26,497 nt of DNA from Candidatus Sumerlaeales bacterium (GTDB lineage: Bacteria > Sumerlaeota > Sumerlaeia > Sumerlaeales > Sumerlaeaceae), in the NCBI GenBank assembly GCA_038243585.1, contig JBBSQY010000044.1:1-26497 (forward strand), written 5' to 3'. The position numbers were made by a program, and so were the translations under genes. The stretch's first letter is position 1. The number at the start of each line of letters is the position of its first letter. Of the stretch, positions 1 to 8,924 are shown one piece after another. The notes below the pieces were generated by a model. It was not told the origin of the DNA and did not search any database. It saw nothing but the letters and a program-made list of their open reading frames with translations.

Positions 1-247
1 AGGCTCAATCGTTGTGGAGAAGGTCAAGCAGAGCACAGATGCAAATTACGGCCTGAACGCGGAAACCGAAGAGTACGGCGATCTTATCGAAGCGGGCGTC
101 ATCGACCCTGCCAAGGTAAGCCGTAGCGCTCTCCAGAACGCGGCCAGCGTAAGCAGCCTGCTGTTGACGACGGAATGCCTCATCACCGAAATCAAAACAG
201 ACGAGCCTGCTGCACCTGCTATGCCTCCCGGCGGCGGAATGTACTAA
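1..247 (+). CDS. groEL: Chaperonin GroEL (Cpn60), C-terminal fragment; the gene starts upstream of the window
   Basis: Translation contains [34 protein letters not shown], the conserved GroEL C-terminal segment, and ends in a Gly/Met tail ([14 protein letters not shown]). Confidence 0.97.
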   Translation, partial: GSIVVEKVKQSTDANYGLNAETEEYGDLIEAGVIDPAKVSRSALQNAASVSSLLLTTECLITEIKTDEPAAPAMPPGGGMY

Positions 248-280
248 GTAGCAAGCAACAAGACACTACAGACTCAAAGG

Positions 281-316
281 AAAGCCCCGCGCGAGGTAAC
301 TCGCGCGGGGCTTTTT
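281..316. terminator. Intrinsic terminator, likely bidirectional, between groEL and the convergent WD40 gene
   Basis: Perfect 15-bp stem AAAGCCCCGCGCGAG-GTAA-CTCGCGCGGGGCTTT with a T run after it on + and an A run at its 5' side. Confidence 0.9.
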
Positions 317-322
317 CATGGC

Positions 323-1486
323 TTAGTTTAAGGGTTGAAGTTCATACCGGGCTGAGTTTCTCGGAACAAGGAGTTCGAGTTTCCTGAGATCATACCCTCT
401 CATGTCAACCAGACTGGAATCAATCAGGACATGACGACCGTCGGCTGACACATCCAACACCCCAACATTTAAAATGAGACCGGAGTCTTCCCGCTCCTTG
501 GTGCGGGGATTCTTTTTAATGACCCGGATTTCGGAATGGGGGTCACGAACATCACGAAGCGAGATGCTGGTCTGATCTTCGATGACTTCTAAATGATTTC
601 TACTGGCGATATCTTTGGCTTTTGCGATTTCCAATTCTACCTTCTCCAGCTTTCCGGTTGATCCGGACTCAGGAAGCTTATAAGCGTCCAGACTGCCGCC
701 TATGACAAGGTGCCGGCTGTCGTCGGAAAACCCAAAGTCAAAACTATCTTCTGGCATCGGAGCCCGGCCGAACATGGTTTTACCCTGGAGTTCCCACACC
801 TGCACATCCATACCGTCCGTGTCAGTCGACAATATGGTACCTGCCAGGAACCGTCCGTCCGGCGACCATTTCAAATCATGTGCTGTGTTGTCTGTAAAGA
901 ATGAACCAGTTTCGGTAAAGGTTTCCGTATCCCAGATACGTATCCCGTTTTGTTTTTTTGCTTGCGTAGAAGACGTCTCATCTACGTCTGCCAGACCGTA
1001 TCCGTAGCGGTAGCTCACCGCCAGGGATTTGCTGTCTGGGGCAAAAGTCGCGCTAATTTGCTGGGATATCGGGCCGCCTAGTGTTCCCACAGGTGCGCCG
1101 AACCTGCCGTCTAAACGTTCAAGAGTGTATATTCGAACAGCGCCATCGGCAAAGTGGTCACACTCCTCCGTGTTCCATGAGGCCAGCAGCTTTCCGTCTG
1201 GTGAAACAGCTGTTTGTTCCAGGTCATTGTCGAACAGTTTTTCTTCGAGGCGTTTTCCGCTTCGCACGTCCCATACGCTAAGCAGCTTTCCATTACTGAT
1301 GCTACAGCAGACGGGCTCCAGGTCCTCTTCAGGGGATCCAACGGTGATCAGTTTCCCACCCGGACAAAACGCTCCAAAGTATATGACCTCTGGTTTAGAT
1401 CCAGGCGCACCTTTTTCGACCTGAGCAGGACCCATGCACGCAAGACCGAAAAATACCGTCGCTAAAACACTGCGGACAATAATCAT
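323..1486 (-). CDS. Exported WD40-like beta-propeller protein
   Basis: Repeated WD40-type motifs (SVWDV, AVSPDGKLLAS, FAPDSKSLAV, IRIWDT, WSPDGRFLAG, VQVWEL, FSDDSRHLV, SADGRHVL) after a hydrophobic N-terminus. I chose the ATG at 1486 (MIIVRSV) over the track's TTG at 1504. Confidence 0.8.
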   Translation of the reverse strand: MIIVRSVLATVFFGLACMGPAQVEKGAPGSKPEVIYFGAFCPGGKLITVGSPEEDLEPVCCSISNGKLLSVWDVRSGKRLEEKLFDNDLEQTAVSPDGKLLASWNTEECDHFADGAVRIYTLERLDGRFGAPVGTLGGPISQQISATFAPDSKSLAVSYRYGYGLADVDETSSTQAKKQNGIRIWDTETFTETGSFFTDNTAHDLKWSPDGRFLAGTILSTDTDGMDVQVWELQGKTMFGRAPMPEDSFDFGFSDDSRHLVIGGSLDAYKLPESGSTGKLEKVELEIAKAKDIASRNHLEVIEDQTSISLRDVRDPHSEIRVIKKNPRTKEREDSGLILNVGVLDVSADGRHVLIDSSLVDMRGYDLRKLELLVPRNSARYELQPLN

Positions 1487-1616
1487 GAAAGCCTGCCTCG
1501 CCAAAAAGAGTGAATGGAATGGTTTTACATCCAGTCTTTACAGGCCTGACTAAGGTACGATATTGCAAGTCAATTCAGGCTTCCATTTCTTATGGTACTT
1601 TGCTGCTGGTCGGCTG

Positions 1617-2915
1617 CTAAAAACTCGGCCGGCTGGACATCTTCACGACTCCGGTTGCCGGATCGTACTGCCACTGACCGCCTAATGGTTCTGTGGTGTT
1701 AAAATCGGTGTAGAAGACTTCCTTCAGGCTCTCTGGATTTCTGTCCAGTTCCTGCTTGCGACGCGCAACGTGGGAGCGCAACTCAGCCAGCATCTCCCGG
1801 GCGTCATTCTCCAACTGTCCCTGTGGAGCAAAGATATCTTCTGGCTTATGTTTTTCCTTCTGGCCAATTCGCGCCAGGTTTATCATGTAAGGTTTTCCGG
1901 TCGGACTTGTTGGAAGTCCGCTTACGGTCGTGAGGGAATCCTGAAACACCACATCCTGCATGGCAGGCAGTGATGCATCATCCCGGCCCTGTACGTCCAC
2001 TATTGGCGCAGCAAAGACTCTAGCATCCGGAGGGACAAAATTCGCCAGGAGATCCTCCCCAATCCCCCGCTTGTTGAATGCGTCGGAATATTTCAGCACA
2101 CTGGCAAGGAGCTTACCCATATCTGCGGTCTCATAGTTCTGCATAGCCGGCATATCCGCCAGCTCGTTAACTGACCGGGGCAGACGACCGGTGCGCGACG
2201 TAAACTCATCCGCAGCACGGGCAAAGGTAGCGGCGTTCCACTTGTTAATAGTGTCTGCAGCCTTGTTCAAGGCGATGTTCTGGAGCGCGGGCTCTTCAGC
2301 CTCCACACCTTCCAGCAGGTTGCCGACAAAACGATCGAACCCGATGTAATACTCACCTTCAGACACGTCGATATAGGCAACCATCCGGGTGATCCATTCC
2401 GGCGCGTCCAGCCGCTTACTGGCGATGGTCCCATACCAGCGGGCCAGCTGGTCTTTCTTCATCTGCCAATGGGCCACATACATGGCTTCAAACGGGATTC
2501 TGTATTGGGTATGTACATTGAACGTGCCCTTTTCCAGCAGTTCCAGCCCCGGCTCCTTATATCCGCCCTCGTCGCCTATCACCAGGTTGCCGAAAATATA
2601 AGCATCCTTGAAGTAGGGATCAAGGTCAGTGATCGTCTGAAACTGATTGTAGATTGGGCGCCAGTCGCGGTTGCTCATGCCCCTTCCGCCAAAAGACTGG
2701 ATGGACCGCAGCCACAGAAAATCCGCCGCCAGCATGTCGTAGCGCAGGGCAAACAGTTTCATCATTTCGCCGCTTCGCCCCCCAAGCTGCCAGGTATCAA
2801 AAAACGGCGCGTTTTTAAGAACTCTTTTGCTGCCAATGTTCTGATAATACACGGAGACGCCGAAGGTGGCGAAAAACGCCATCCACAACATAAGCCCCGA
2901 GAGAAATCTTTTCAT
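1617..2915 (-). CDS. Membrane-anchored, PilG (Myxococcus-type)-like accessory protein of the ABC operon, with pseudopilin-like C-terminal motifs
   Basis: N-terminal TM helix; motifs LAADFLWLRSIQSFG, TDLDPYFKDAY, LELLEKG and RIPF recall deltaproteobacterial pilin-locus proteins; third gene of the ABC operon, RBS GGAGG upstream. Family assignment is by recall. Confidence 0.6.
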   Translation of the reverse strand: MKRFLSGLMLWMAFFATFGVSVYYQNIGSKRVLKNAPFFDTWQLGGRSGEMMKLFALRYDMLAADFLWLRSIQSFGGRGMSNRDWRPIYNQFQTITDLDPYFKDAYIFGNLVIGDEGGYKEPGLELLEKGTFNVHTQYRIPFEAMYVAHWQMKKDQLARWYGTIASKRLDAPEWITRMVAYIDVSEGEYYIGFDRFVGNLLEGVEAEEPALQNIALNKAADTINKWNAATFARAADEFTSRTGRLPRSVNELADMPAMQNYETADMGKLLASVLKYSDAFNKRGIGEDLLANFVPPDARVFAAPIVDVQGRDDASLPAMQDVVFQDSLTTVSGLPTSPTGKPYMINLARIGQKEKHKPEDIFAPQGQLENDAREMLAELRSHVARRKQELDRNPESLKEVFYTDFNTTEPLGGQWQYDPATGVVKMSSRPSF

Positions 2916-2936
2916 GATGTCAGATACCTCCCTGGA

Positions 2937-3911
2937 TTATTTGAAGCTTCTGCGACGGAATATGAGGCATGCAAGGCAGAGAATCGCCCCCGTATAAGAC
3001 AATCCATACACGACCGTCTGCCAGTCCAGAAGTGGCGGTCCCGTCATGGCAGCAGTTATGTCCGGCGCGCCGTAGATGGCTTCCATCCGTCTGTCGAAAT
3101 AGGCCAGATTGGGCACAAGTAGCACCGCGGCGCGGGCGAACCAGTACTTAATGGAATTGGGGCCTACAAGGGCCTCCACGCCTCCGGCCGTTTCGGCGAG
3201 CTTGTCCGCAAACCGCATAATATCTTCGCACAGGCTGCCGATAACAAAGGTCAGAAATGTGAAAACCGCGCTAAGGGTGGGGGTACTGAAAGTGCTGTAG
3301 AAAATCGCGAAAGCGGTAATGATGGCCAGGCTGAGGGCGCTCATCAGCACCACCTTCATTAGCCCGGCGGTGAGCGGAACGACATAAACCCCGATCATCG
3401 TGCCCAGAGATTTGGCAATGCCCATTCCAATAGCAGTGAGATAATATAACCAAGTCGCCTGCACCTGGACGTATTTGCCGGAGGCGTCCTCGTTCCAGAT
3501 TACCTTGCTCATCACATCATACTGGGTAGCTTCGCGAAAATACAGAACCGCGAACAACACGAACGTCATGATGGCGATGTTTACATAAATCGTAAAGAGC
3601 AGTCCGAAAAACTTGCCCAGAAGAAACTGTGTTCGATCAATAGGCTTGCTGACAATCGTATAGATAGTCTTCCGGTCGAGCTCATTGTAGACAAGATAAA
3701 CGCCCACGAACACGGCGATTAAGAAACCAAAAAAATCAATGCTGGCAAGGCCGAGATCCTTGATCATGCGCTCTGGTTCGGCGATAGACAGATCACTTAT
3801 GACCGTGGAAAAGCCTATAAGCAGTACGGCGAATATCAGCAGAAAATAAAGAACCTTATTGCGAACGGCCTCTTTAAAAGTGTTAAACGCGATAACGATA
3901 ATCTTACCCAT
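2937..3911 (-). CDS. ABC-2 type permease (PilI-like)
   Basis: IAFNTFKEAVRNKVLY, ELDRKTIYTIVSKPIDRTQFLLGKFFG and LVPNL motifs; several TM helices; ends IFRRRSFK; start overlaps the ATPase stop (TGATG). Confidence 0.9.
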   Translation of the reverse strand: MGKIIVIAFNTFKEAVRNKVLYFLLIFAVLLIGFSTVISDLSIAEPERMIKDLGLASIDFFGFLIAVFVGVYLVYNELDRKTIYTIVSKPIDRTQFLLGKFFGLLFTIYVNIAIMTFVLFAVLYFREATQYDVMSKVIWNEDASGKYVQVQATWLYYLTAIGMGIAKSLGTMIGVYVVPLTAGLMKVVLMSALSLAIITAFAIFYSTFSTPTLSAVFTFLTFVIGSLCEDIMRFADKLAETAGGVEALVGPNSIKYWFARAAVLLVPNLAYFDRRMEAIYGAPDITAAMTGPPLLDWQTVVYGLSYTGAILCLACLIFRRRSFK

Positions 3912-4906
3912 CAGGCGACTTCCTCTCCCTTGATGGAATCTTCTTCCGGTTTGCGGCTGACTTCACGAATGAAGTATTCTTCTAAAGTTTCGCGGCGTGG
4001 CGTCAGGCTTACCAGCTGAGCTCCCGCAGCCATTCCTTCGCGGATAAGGGCATCAGCGTCAGATTCGCTTCCAAGGATCACGAGCGTGCCCTCTTCGCTT
4101 TCTAGCACCTTCCGAGCGTTCCCGCGCACCCGGTCTACCAGCGCAGCCGGCACCTTTCGCATCACAACCTCATATTCCTTAACCTTCGTGCCCAGCAGCT
4201 TGGCCATGTCGCCCTCCGCCACCAGGCGGCCCCGGTTAAGGATCGCGACGCGGTCGCAAATCAGTTCCGCATCGCTCAGGATATGAGATGAGAAAAAAAC
4301 CGTACGGCCCTGCTCGCGCAGGGACAAAATAATATCGCGAATCTCTTTGCGGCCCATGGGGTCAAGTCCGCTCTGGGGTTCATCAAGAACCACTACCTTC
4401 GGGTCATTAAGCAGGCTCTGAGCCAGACCGATGCGCTGAAGCATTCCCTTAGAGTAGCCTTTAAGATGAAGGTTGGGCGCGTGAGGCGGAAGACCCACCA
4501 GGTCAAACAACTCGCCAATGCGCTTGCGCCGATCGGCCTTGCTCATCCCGTAGAGCTGGCCATAATAATCCAGAAACTCCGCCCCCTTCAGATAATCGTA
4601 GAAGTAGGGATTTTCTGGCAGAAACCCGACCTTGGCTTTGACGGCCTTGTTGCCCAGGTCTTTGCCAAGGATTTTCGCCCGCCCGCTTGAGGGGAAAAGT
4701 ATACCCATAAGTATCTTAATGGTGGTAGACTTTCCGGCTCCGTTTGGCCCGAGCAGGCCATAAATCTCACCCTCCCGAACCTGCAGGTCCAGCTTTTCCA
4801 GGGCGGTCGTCTTTCGCATAAGGTTAAAGCGAAGGCGACCGTTTTCCACATCGATAAAATCGTGGGTATAGACTTTCGTCAGCTTTTGGGTCTCAATAAC
4901 AATCAT
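3911..4906 (-). CDS. ABC transporter ATP-binding protein (PilH-like)
   Basis: Walker A GPNGAGKST, signature YSKGMLQR, Walker B VVVLDEP, switch SSH; C-terminal TLEEYF motif typical of ABC-2 exporters. Confidence 0.95.
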   Translation of the reverse strand: MIVIETQKLTKVYTHDFIDVENGRLRFNLMRKTTALEKLDLQVREGEIYGLLGPNGAGKSTTIKILMGILFPSSGRAKILGKDLGNKAVKAKVGFLPENPYFYDYLKGAEFLDYYGQLYGMSKADRRKRIGELFDLVGLPPHAPNLHLKGYSKGMLQRIGLAQSLLNDPKVVVLDEPQSGLDPMGRKEIRDIILSLREQGRTVFFSSHILSDAELICDRVAILNRGRLVAEGDMAKLLGTKVKEYEVVMRKVPAALVDRVRGNARKVLESEEGTLVILGSESDADALIREGMAAGAQLVSLTPRRETLEEYFIREVSRKPEEDSIKGEEVA

Positions 4907-4979
4907 AAGAAAAAAATCCAGTCTTGCAGCCAGATAACGGGTAGACTCCAGAAACAGTAAAAACTCGTGTCAAGTACGA

Positions 4980-5125
4980 CGGAGCTAAATATGAATTTGA
5001 TGGGTAAGTGATAGAACTGCCATTACTGCAGTCACAGACCAGCTTCGCCAAATTCATCGGGCATATACAGCAACGAAAGCCGCCAGCGAAGTTACCGCAC
5101 TTACTCCCAAATCAGTTTGATTCCG
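4980..5125 (+). ncRNA. Candidate structured RNA element of unknown family
   Basis: Nested pairings 4980-4990/5115-5125, 5002-5010/5098-5106 and 5041-5048/5086-5093, each containing G-U pairs only on the + strand; no ORF in the interval. Confidence 0.35.
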
Positions 5126-5186
5126 CTTAAACGTATTTAAAAATACACTGCGTCAACTCGGACAGCCAGCAATGCCCATCCTCCTA

Positions 5187-5525
5187 CTAATCCCCGATCT
5201 TCCCTTTCAGGTTCGGCAATGTGGAGTTGTCCCCGGCGTTCATATATCGCGCTTCTTTGTCACCACGAGTAACATTTTCATAGACGCCGGTGTCCCGCTT
5301 TACCAGTTTCGTAAATCCCAGATTCTTAAGCGCCGAATCTCCCTGGGGGGTGCTGACGCCTACAGCAAATAACAGGCGTTCCACCGGCGAATCCTGCGGC
5401 ACGTCTCCAGCGTCCAGATTGGCCAGACGGCACAGTTCGCCCCAAGAGTGAATCGTTTCCTTCATGCTATGCACCACTTCTACGTGGCGGTCATTAGCTG
5501 GGCAGTAGTATTCGTATACAGGCAT
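5187..5525 (-). CDS. FmdB-family (zinc-ribbon-like) small protein
   Basis: Starts MPVYEYYC, the FmdB N-terminal motif, and contains LKNLGFTKLVKRDTGVYEN; only two Cys are present. Confidence 0.8.
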   Translation of the reverse strand: MPVYEYYCPANDRHVEVVHSMKETIHSWGELCRLANLDAGDVPQDSPVERLLFAVGVSTPQGDSALKNLGFTKLVKRDTGVYENVTRGDKEARYMNAGDNSTLPNLKGKIGD

Positions 5526-5672
5526 GATACTTCATGTACCAGCGGGAGGCCCTGTATCATCATTATTCGCGTCCGATGCCACAGAGAATTCTTCAGAGTC
5601 AAACAAATGGAACCGCTGATGAAGGTATAAATGGCCTTGATTTCAATTTATAGGCTGACTGAGTGAACCTCT

Positions 5673-6407
5673 ATGAGTGAACGAAAAAGATATAAACGGG
5701 TTCTACTGAAATTAAGCGGCGAAGCCTTACGAGGCTCGTATGACTTTGGAATAGATTTTCAGTTTGTGGGCCGGGTGGCCGCGGAAACCCGCGATCTTGT
5801 TGAAAATACGGGCGTCGAACTTGCCGTCGTCATCGGCGGTGGAAACTATATCCGTGGCGCAACCGCCGAAAGCCATATTGACCGCGCGACTGGCGATTAT
5901 ATGGGAATGCTGGCCACGATGCTGAACGCCATGGCCTTGCAGGCTGCCTTTGAGGACACTGGTATGCAGACCCGCATACTGAGCGGCCTTGAAATTAAGG
6001 AAGTGGCCGAATCGTATATCCGCCGCCGGGCCGTGCGCCATCTGGAAAAAGGTCGCGTCGTCATATTTGCCTGCGGAACCGGAAATCCGTTTTTCACCAC
6101 GGATACCGCTGCGGCGCTTCGTGGCGCAGAAATTGATGCGGAAGTTATTTTAAAAGCAACTAACGTGGACGGTATATACGATTGTGACCCGCGGACAAAC
6201 AGCGAAGCTGTATTATACAACCGGGTTTCCTTTACGGAAACGTTAACAAAAGATCTCAGGGTAATGGACGCAACGGCGATTTCTCTATGCCGTGAGCACA
6301 ATATCCCAATAATTGTATTTGATCTGCACCAGCCGGGCAATATTCGGCGCGTAATTGAAGGCGAATCCATAGGAACTTTTGTCGGAGGAGACACTGATGC
6401 AACTTGA
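5673..6407 (+). CDS. pyrH: Uridylate kinase
   Basis: RVLLKLSGEAL, VIGGGN, DYMGMLAT, GTGNPFFTTDTAAALRGAEI and KATNVDGIY motifs; adjacent to frr. Confidence 0.98.
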   Translation: MSERKRYKRVLLKLSGEALRGSYDFGIDFQFVGRVAAETRDLVENTGVELAVVIGGGNYIRGATAESHIDRATGDYMGMLATMLNAMALQAAFEDTGMQTRILSGLEIKEVAESYIRRRAVRHLEKGRVVIFACGTGNPFFTTDTAAALRGAEIDAEVILKATNVDGIYDCDPRTNSEAVLYNRVSFTETLTKDLRVMDATAISLCREHNIPIIVFDLHQPGNIRRVIEGESIGTFVGGDTDAT

Positions 6408-6957
6408 TGAGGTTTACAAATCAGCAGAAGAGAAAATGAGAAAGGCCATCGATTCCGTTGAACATGACTTTACCGGGCTGCGCACAGGCCGGGCATCGGT
6501 AGCGTTTGTAGATAACGTGCAGGTTGAAGCGTACGGGAACCGGCTGCCGCTGAAGCAGGTGGCGACAATCTCGACCCCTGACTCGCGCACGCTTATCATT
6601 CAGCCATTTGATAAATCAACAATGGCATCAGTAGAGAAGGCGCTATTGAGCGCTAACCTGGGCATGACGCCTAATAACGACGGCAAAGTCATTCGGCTGA
6701 ACATCCCACCACTGACTGAAGAGCGCCGCAGGGAACTGGCCAAGATGGCCAAAAAGATGGCAGAGGACGGCCGAATCGCCATTCGAAACATTCGCCGTAC
6801 TGCCAACGATGAAGTTAAAAAATCCGAAAAAGAATACGACATGACCGAAGATGAGCGCGAGCGAGCGACCAAGCACGTGCAGGAACTGACGGACAGGTAC
6901 GTAAAAGAAATCGATACGGTCATGGCGAAAAAAGAAAAAGACATTATGGAAATCTAA
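6397..6957 (+). CDS. frr: Ribosome recycling factor
   Basis: LRTGRAS, LGMTPNNDG, IPPLTEERRRELAK, AIRNIRR and KEKDIM motifs. ATG at 6397 follows GGAGG (6384-6388) and overlaps the pyrH end. Confidence 0.98.
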   Translation: MQLDEVYKSAEEKMRKAIDSVEHDFTGLRTGRASVAFVDNVQVEAYGNRLPLKQVATISTPDSRTLIIQPFDKSTMASVEKALLSANLGMTPNNDGKVIRLNIPPLTEERRRELAKMAKKMAEDGRIAIRNIRRTANDEVKKSEKEYDMTEDERERATKHVQELTDRYVKEIDTVMAKKEKDIMEI

Positions 6958-6990
6958 CTCTGCCGCCTAAGTAAAAGCGGCAGTGCAGTT

Positions 6991-7022
6991 AGGGCCGGGT
7001 TATTTATAACCCGGCCCTTTTT
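6991..7022 (+). terminator. Intrinsic terminator after frr, preceded by a second small hairpin at 6960-6983
   Basis: AGGGCCGGGTTA-TTTA-TAACCCGGCCCT followed by a T run. Confidence 0.88.
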
Positions 7023-7039
7023 ATTACCCACACAACTTA

Positions 7040-8734
7040 TTATTTTTTTACAGAGCCAGTCGTATCGGACTCGATTGCCGCATCAGATTTATCCTGTTTC
7101 GCGGACTGCTTTTGCGCCATGTTTTTCGCTACGTCTGCACCTTTGCTGATCATCTCGCCAGGAAGATGAATGATCATCCGCAGGCTTTCCTCGTCGGTAT
7201 AGAAACCTTCGAGAATTGGAGTAGACTGAAAGCTTTTCAGCGCTTCAGCAGCGTCGGTATTCTTACCAGAAACTATTGATGCAAGAGCCCCGAAGTTAAG
7301 GTCTGCATAAACTGCGCCACCCTCGGGAAGTTTTGTCCGCGATTTTAGTTCGGTCGCTCCCTGAACGCTGCCAGCTTTAACGGCGGCGACCGCTTCTTCA
7401 ATGGACGTATTGCCCAATGCCATTACCATCTTGTCATCAACGAAAGTGAACTTCCCAGTTTTAGGCTTATTGAAAGCAGCCAGCATTTTTTCGGCCTTTT
7501 TGGATCCAGTGACAGGATTGAAAAATACAGAAAACTGATGAACCGGTTCCCCATCAATATTCCCGACGTTGCGCTGAAGCGTCATGCTGGTTTCAAGACC
7601 CATCGCCGTGTACATCTGTGTTAAAGCGCCAGACGTCGACATTTCCTTTTCAGCATCAGTGAGATACTGAAGCACCTTTTCCTTGTTAATTACCGATATG
7701 ACGTACGTGCCGTTAGCGCTGCTGTTCTTGTCCAGGGCCATTGTCCCGGCAACGCCGTCTCCAAAGCCTTCCGCAGCAAGTTTCAGCAATTCCGCGCTTT
7801 TGTCGATAGCTGGCTGCTGAACACCGATGGCCTGCAGAACCTCAGTATTAATGGAGTTCGCTGTTTCCATAGCAGACTGCGTATCAAGATAGGATTCGTA
7901 ACGGGTGAATGCGTCAGGGGATGCGGCTACGCTTTTTAGCAGTTCCTGACCAGCAGGTCCTTCCGGTTTGGCCAGTGTAACTCCGCCGAGTGGAAACAGG
8001 GTTTTTTCAAACCGAATTCCGTCTCCTGAAATATCCATTTTAATGGTTGCGACATCGGTGCGCTTACCGACCGCTTTAATAAGTTCAGCAACAAACTCGA
8101 GACGTGTCGCTGTAGACGTGGTGCCGGCATCGGCTTTTTGCGCCATCGCAGCTAATTTTTTCATGGTGGAATCGAGTTGCCCGCTCTTGTCTTTCAACAG
8201 GACGTCAGCGTCAAGAGTCGCGACAATGAACTTGTCGTCATTTCCTTCTAATAGCGCAGCGGCAGACGTACCCATCGCGCCAGTTGCATTAGCCAAGGCA
8301 TCTTCCCCAACGGAAACAGCTAACAGCTTGCCGTTCAAGGCTTTAGTCGCAAGAGGAATGGGCAGGCGCTGTTTCAGCATGTCCCCTACGGCTTCTGCTT
8401 TTCCATCGGCGGTTTCCAGCAAAAGGAACGGTCTGCCGGTCTTTGGCATTATAACCAGAAGCCCGGATCCCGCAGGAATGGACTTTAAGCCTTGATCTCC
8501 AAGCATGCTGCCCAGCTGACCGCGAATCGCTTCTCCGCTAATCCCAGGGCTCACCTTCTTCGCCAATTCCGCTCCGCGATCCAACATGCCTGGCATATCG
8601 CCAATTACAACTGTCCCATAAGTTCCATCAATGGTAGTTGGCACCGCTGCATAGGAAGCAGCAACAGAAACAAACAAGCAGGCCGTGCCAAACGCGACAG
8701 TGCCATTTTTTTTCAAGTATCCAGATTTAATCAT
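7040..8734 (-). CDS. Exported hypothetical protein (564 aa)
   Basis: Long ORF with GGGAG RBS and a Sec-type signal (basic N-region, hydrophobic core, ...SYA-AVP); no catalytic motif recognised. Confidence 0.8.
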   Translation of the reverse strand: MIKSGYLKKNGTVAFGTACLFVSVAASYAAVPTTIDGTYGTVVIGDMPGMLDRGAELAKKVSPGISGEAIRGQLGSMLGDQGLKSIPAGSGLLVIMPKTGRPFLLLETADGKAEAVGDMLKQRLPIPLATKALNGKLLAVSVGEDALANATGAMGTSAAALLEGNDDKFIVATLDADVLLKDKSGQLDSTMKKLAAMAQKADAGTTSTATRLEFVAELIKAVGKRTDVATIKMDISGDGIRFEKTLFPLGGVTLAKPEGPAGQELLKSVAASPDAFTRYESYLDTQSAMETANSINTEVLQAIGVQQPAIDKSAELLKLAAEGFGDGVAGTMALDKNSSANGTYVISVINKEKVLQYLTDAEKEMSTSGALTQMYTAMGLETSMTLQRNVGNIDGEPVHQFSVFFNPVTGSKKAEKMLAAFNKPKTGKFTFVDDKMVMALGNTSIEEAVAAVKAGSVQGATELKSRTKLPEGGAVYADLNFGALASIVSGKNTDAAEALKSFQSTPILEGFYTDEESLRMIIHLPGEMISKGADVAKNMAQKQSAKQDKSDAAIESDTTGSVKK

Positions 8735-8924
8735 CGTAATCTCCCAGAGTCATCCAGCGTCTTAAAAAGAGCGCAAGGGTGCTGGTAGTATTCAATAGCC
8801 AGAATTGGGCCTCGGAACACCTTGTTCGCAGATTAAAGGTATCGACGTTCCTTCGTTGTTGCCGCTAATAAGCCTATGTTATTTCATTATGATAAAAGGG
8901 GTGCGGGGCCGTGTAGACCATCCC

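Noticed and set aside
1420..1486. Lipoprotein signal (GLAC) in the WD40 protein
   Set aside because: Does not fit the canonical lipobox well; a standard signal peptide is equally plausible.
5030..5097. Resemblance of CAGCGAAGTTACCG to the 3' end of c-di-GMP-I riboswitches
   Set aside because: The GCAAA/GAAA-tetraloop stem and GACGCAAAG junction are absent, and no gene lies downstream on that strand.
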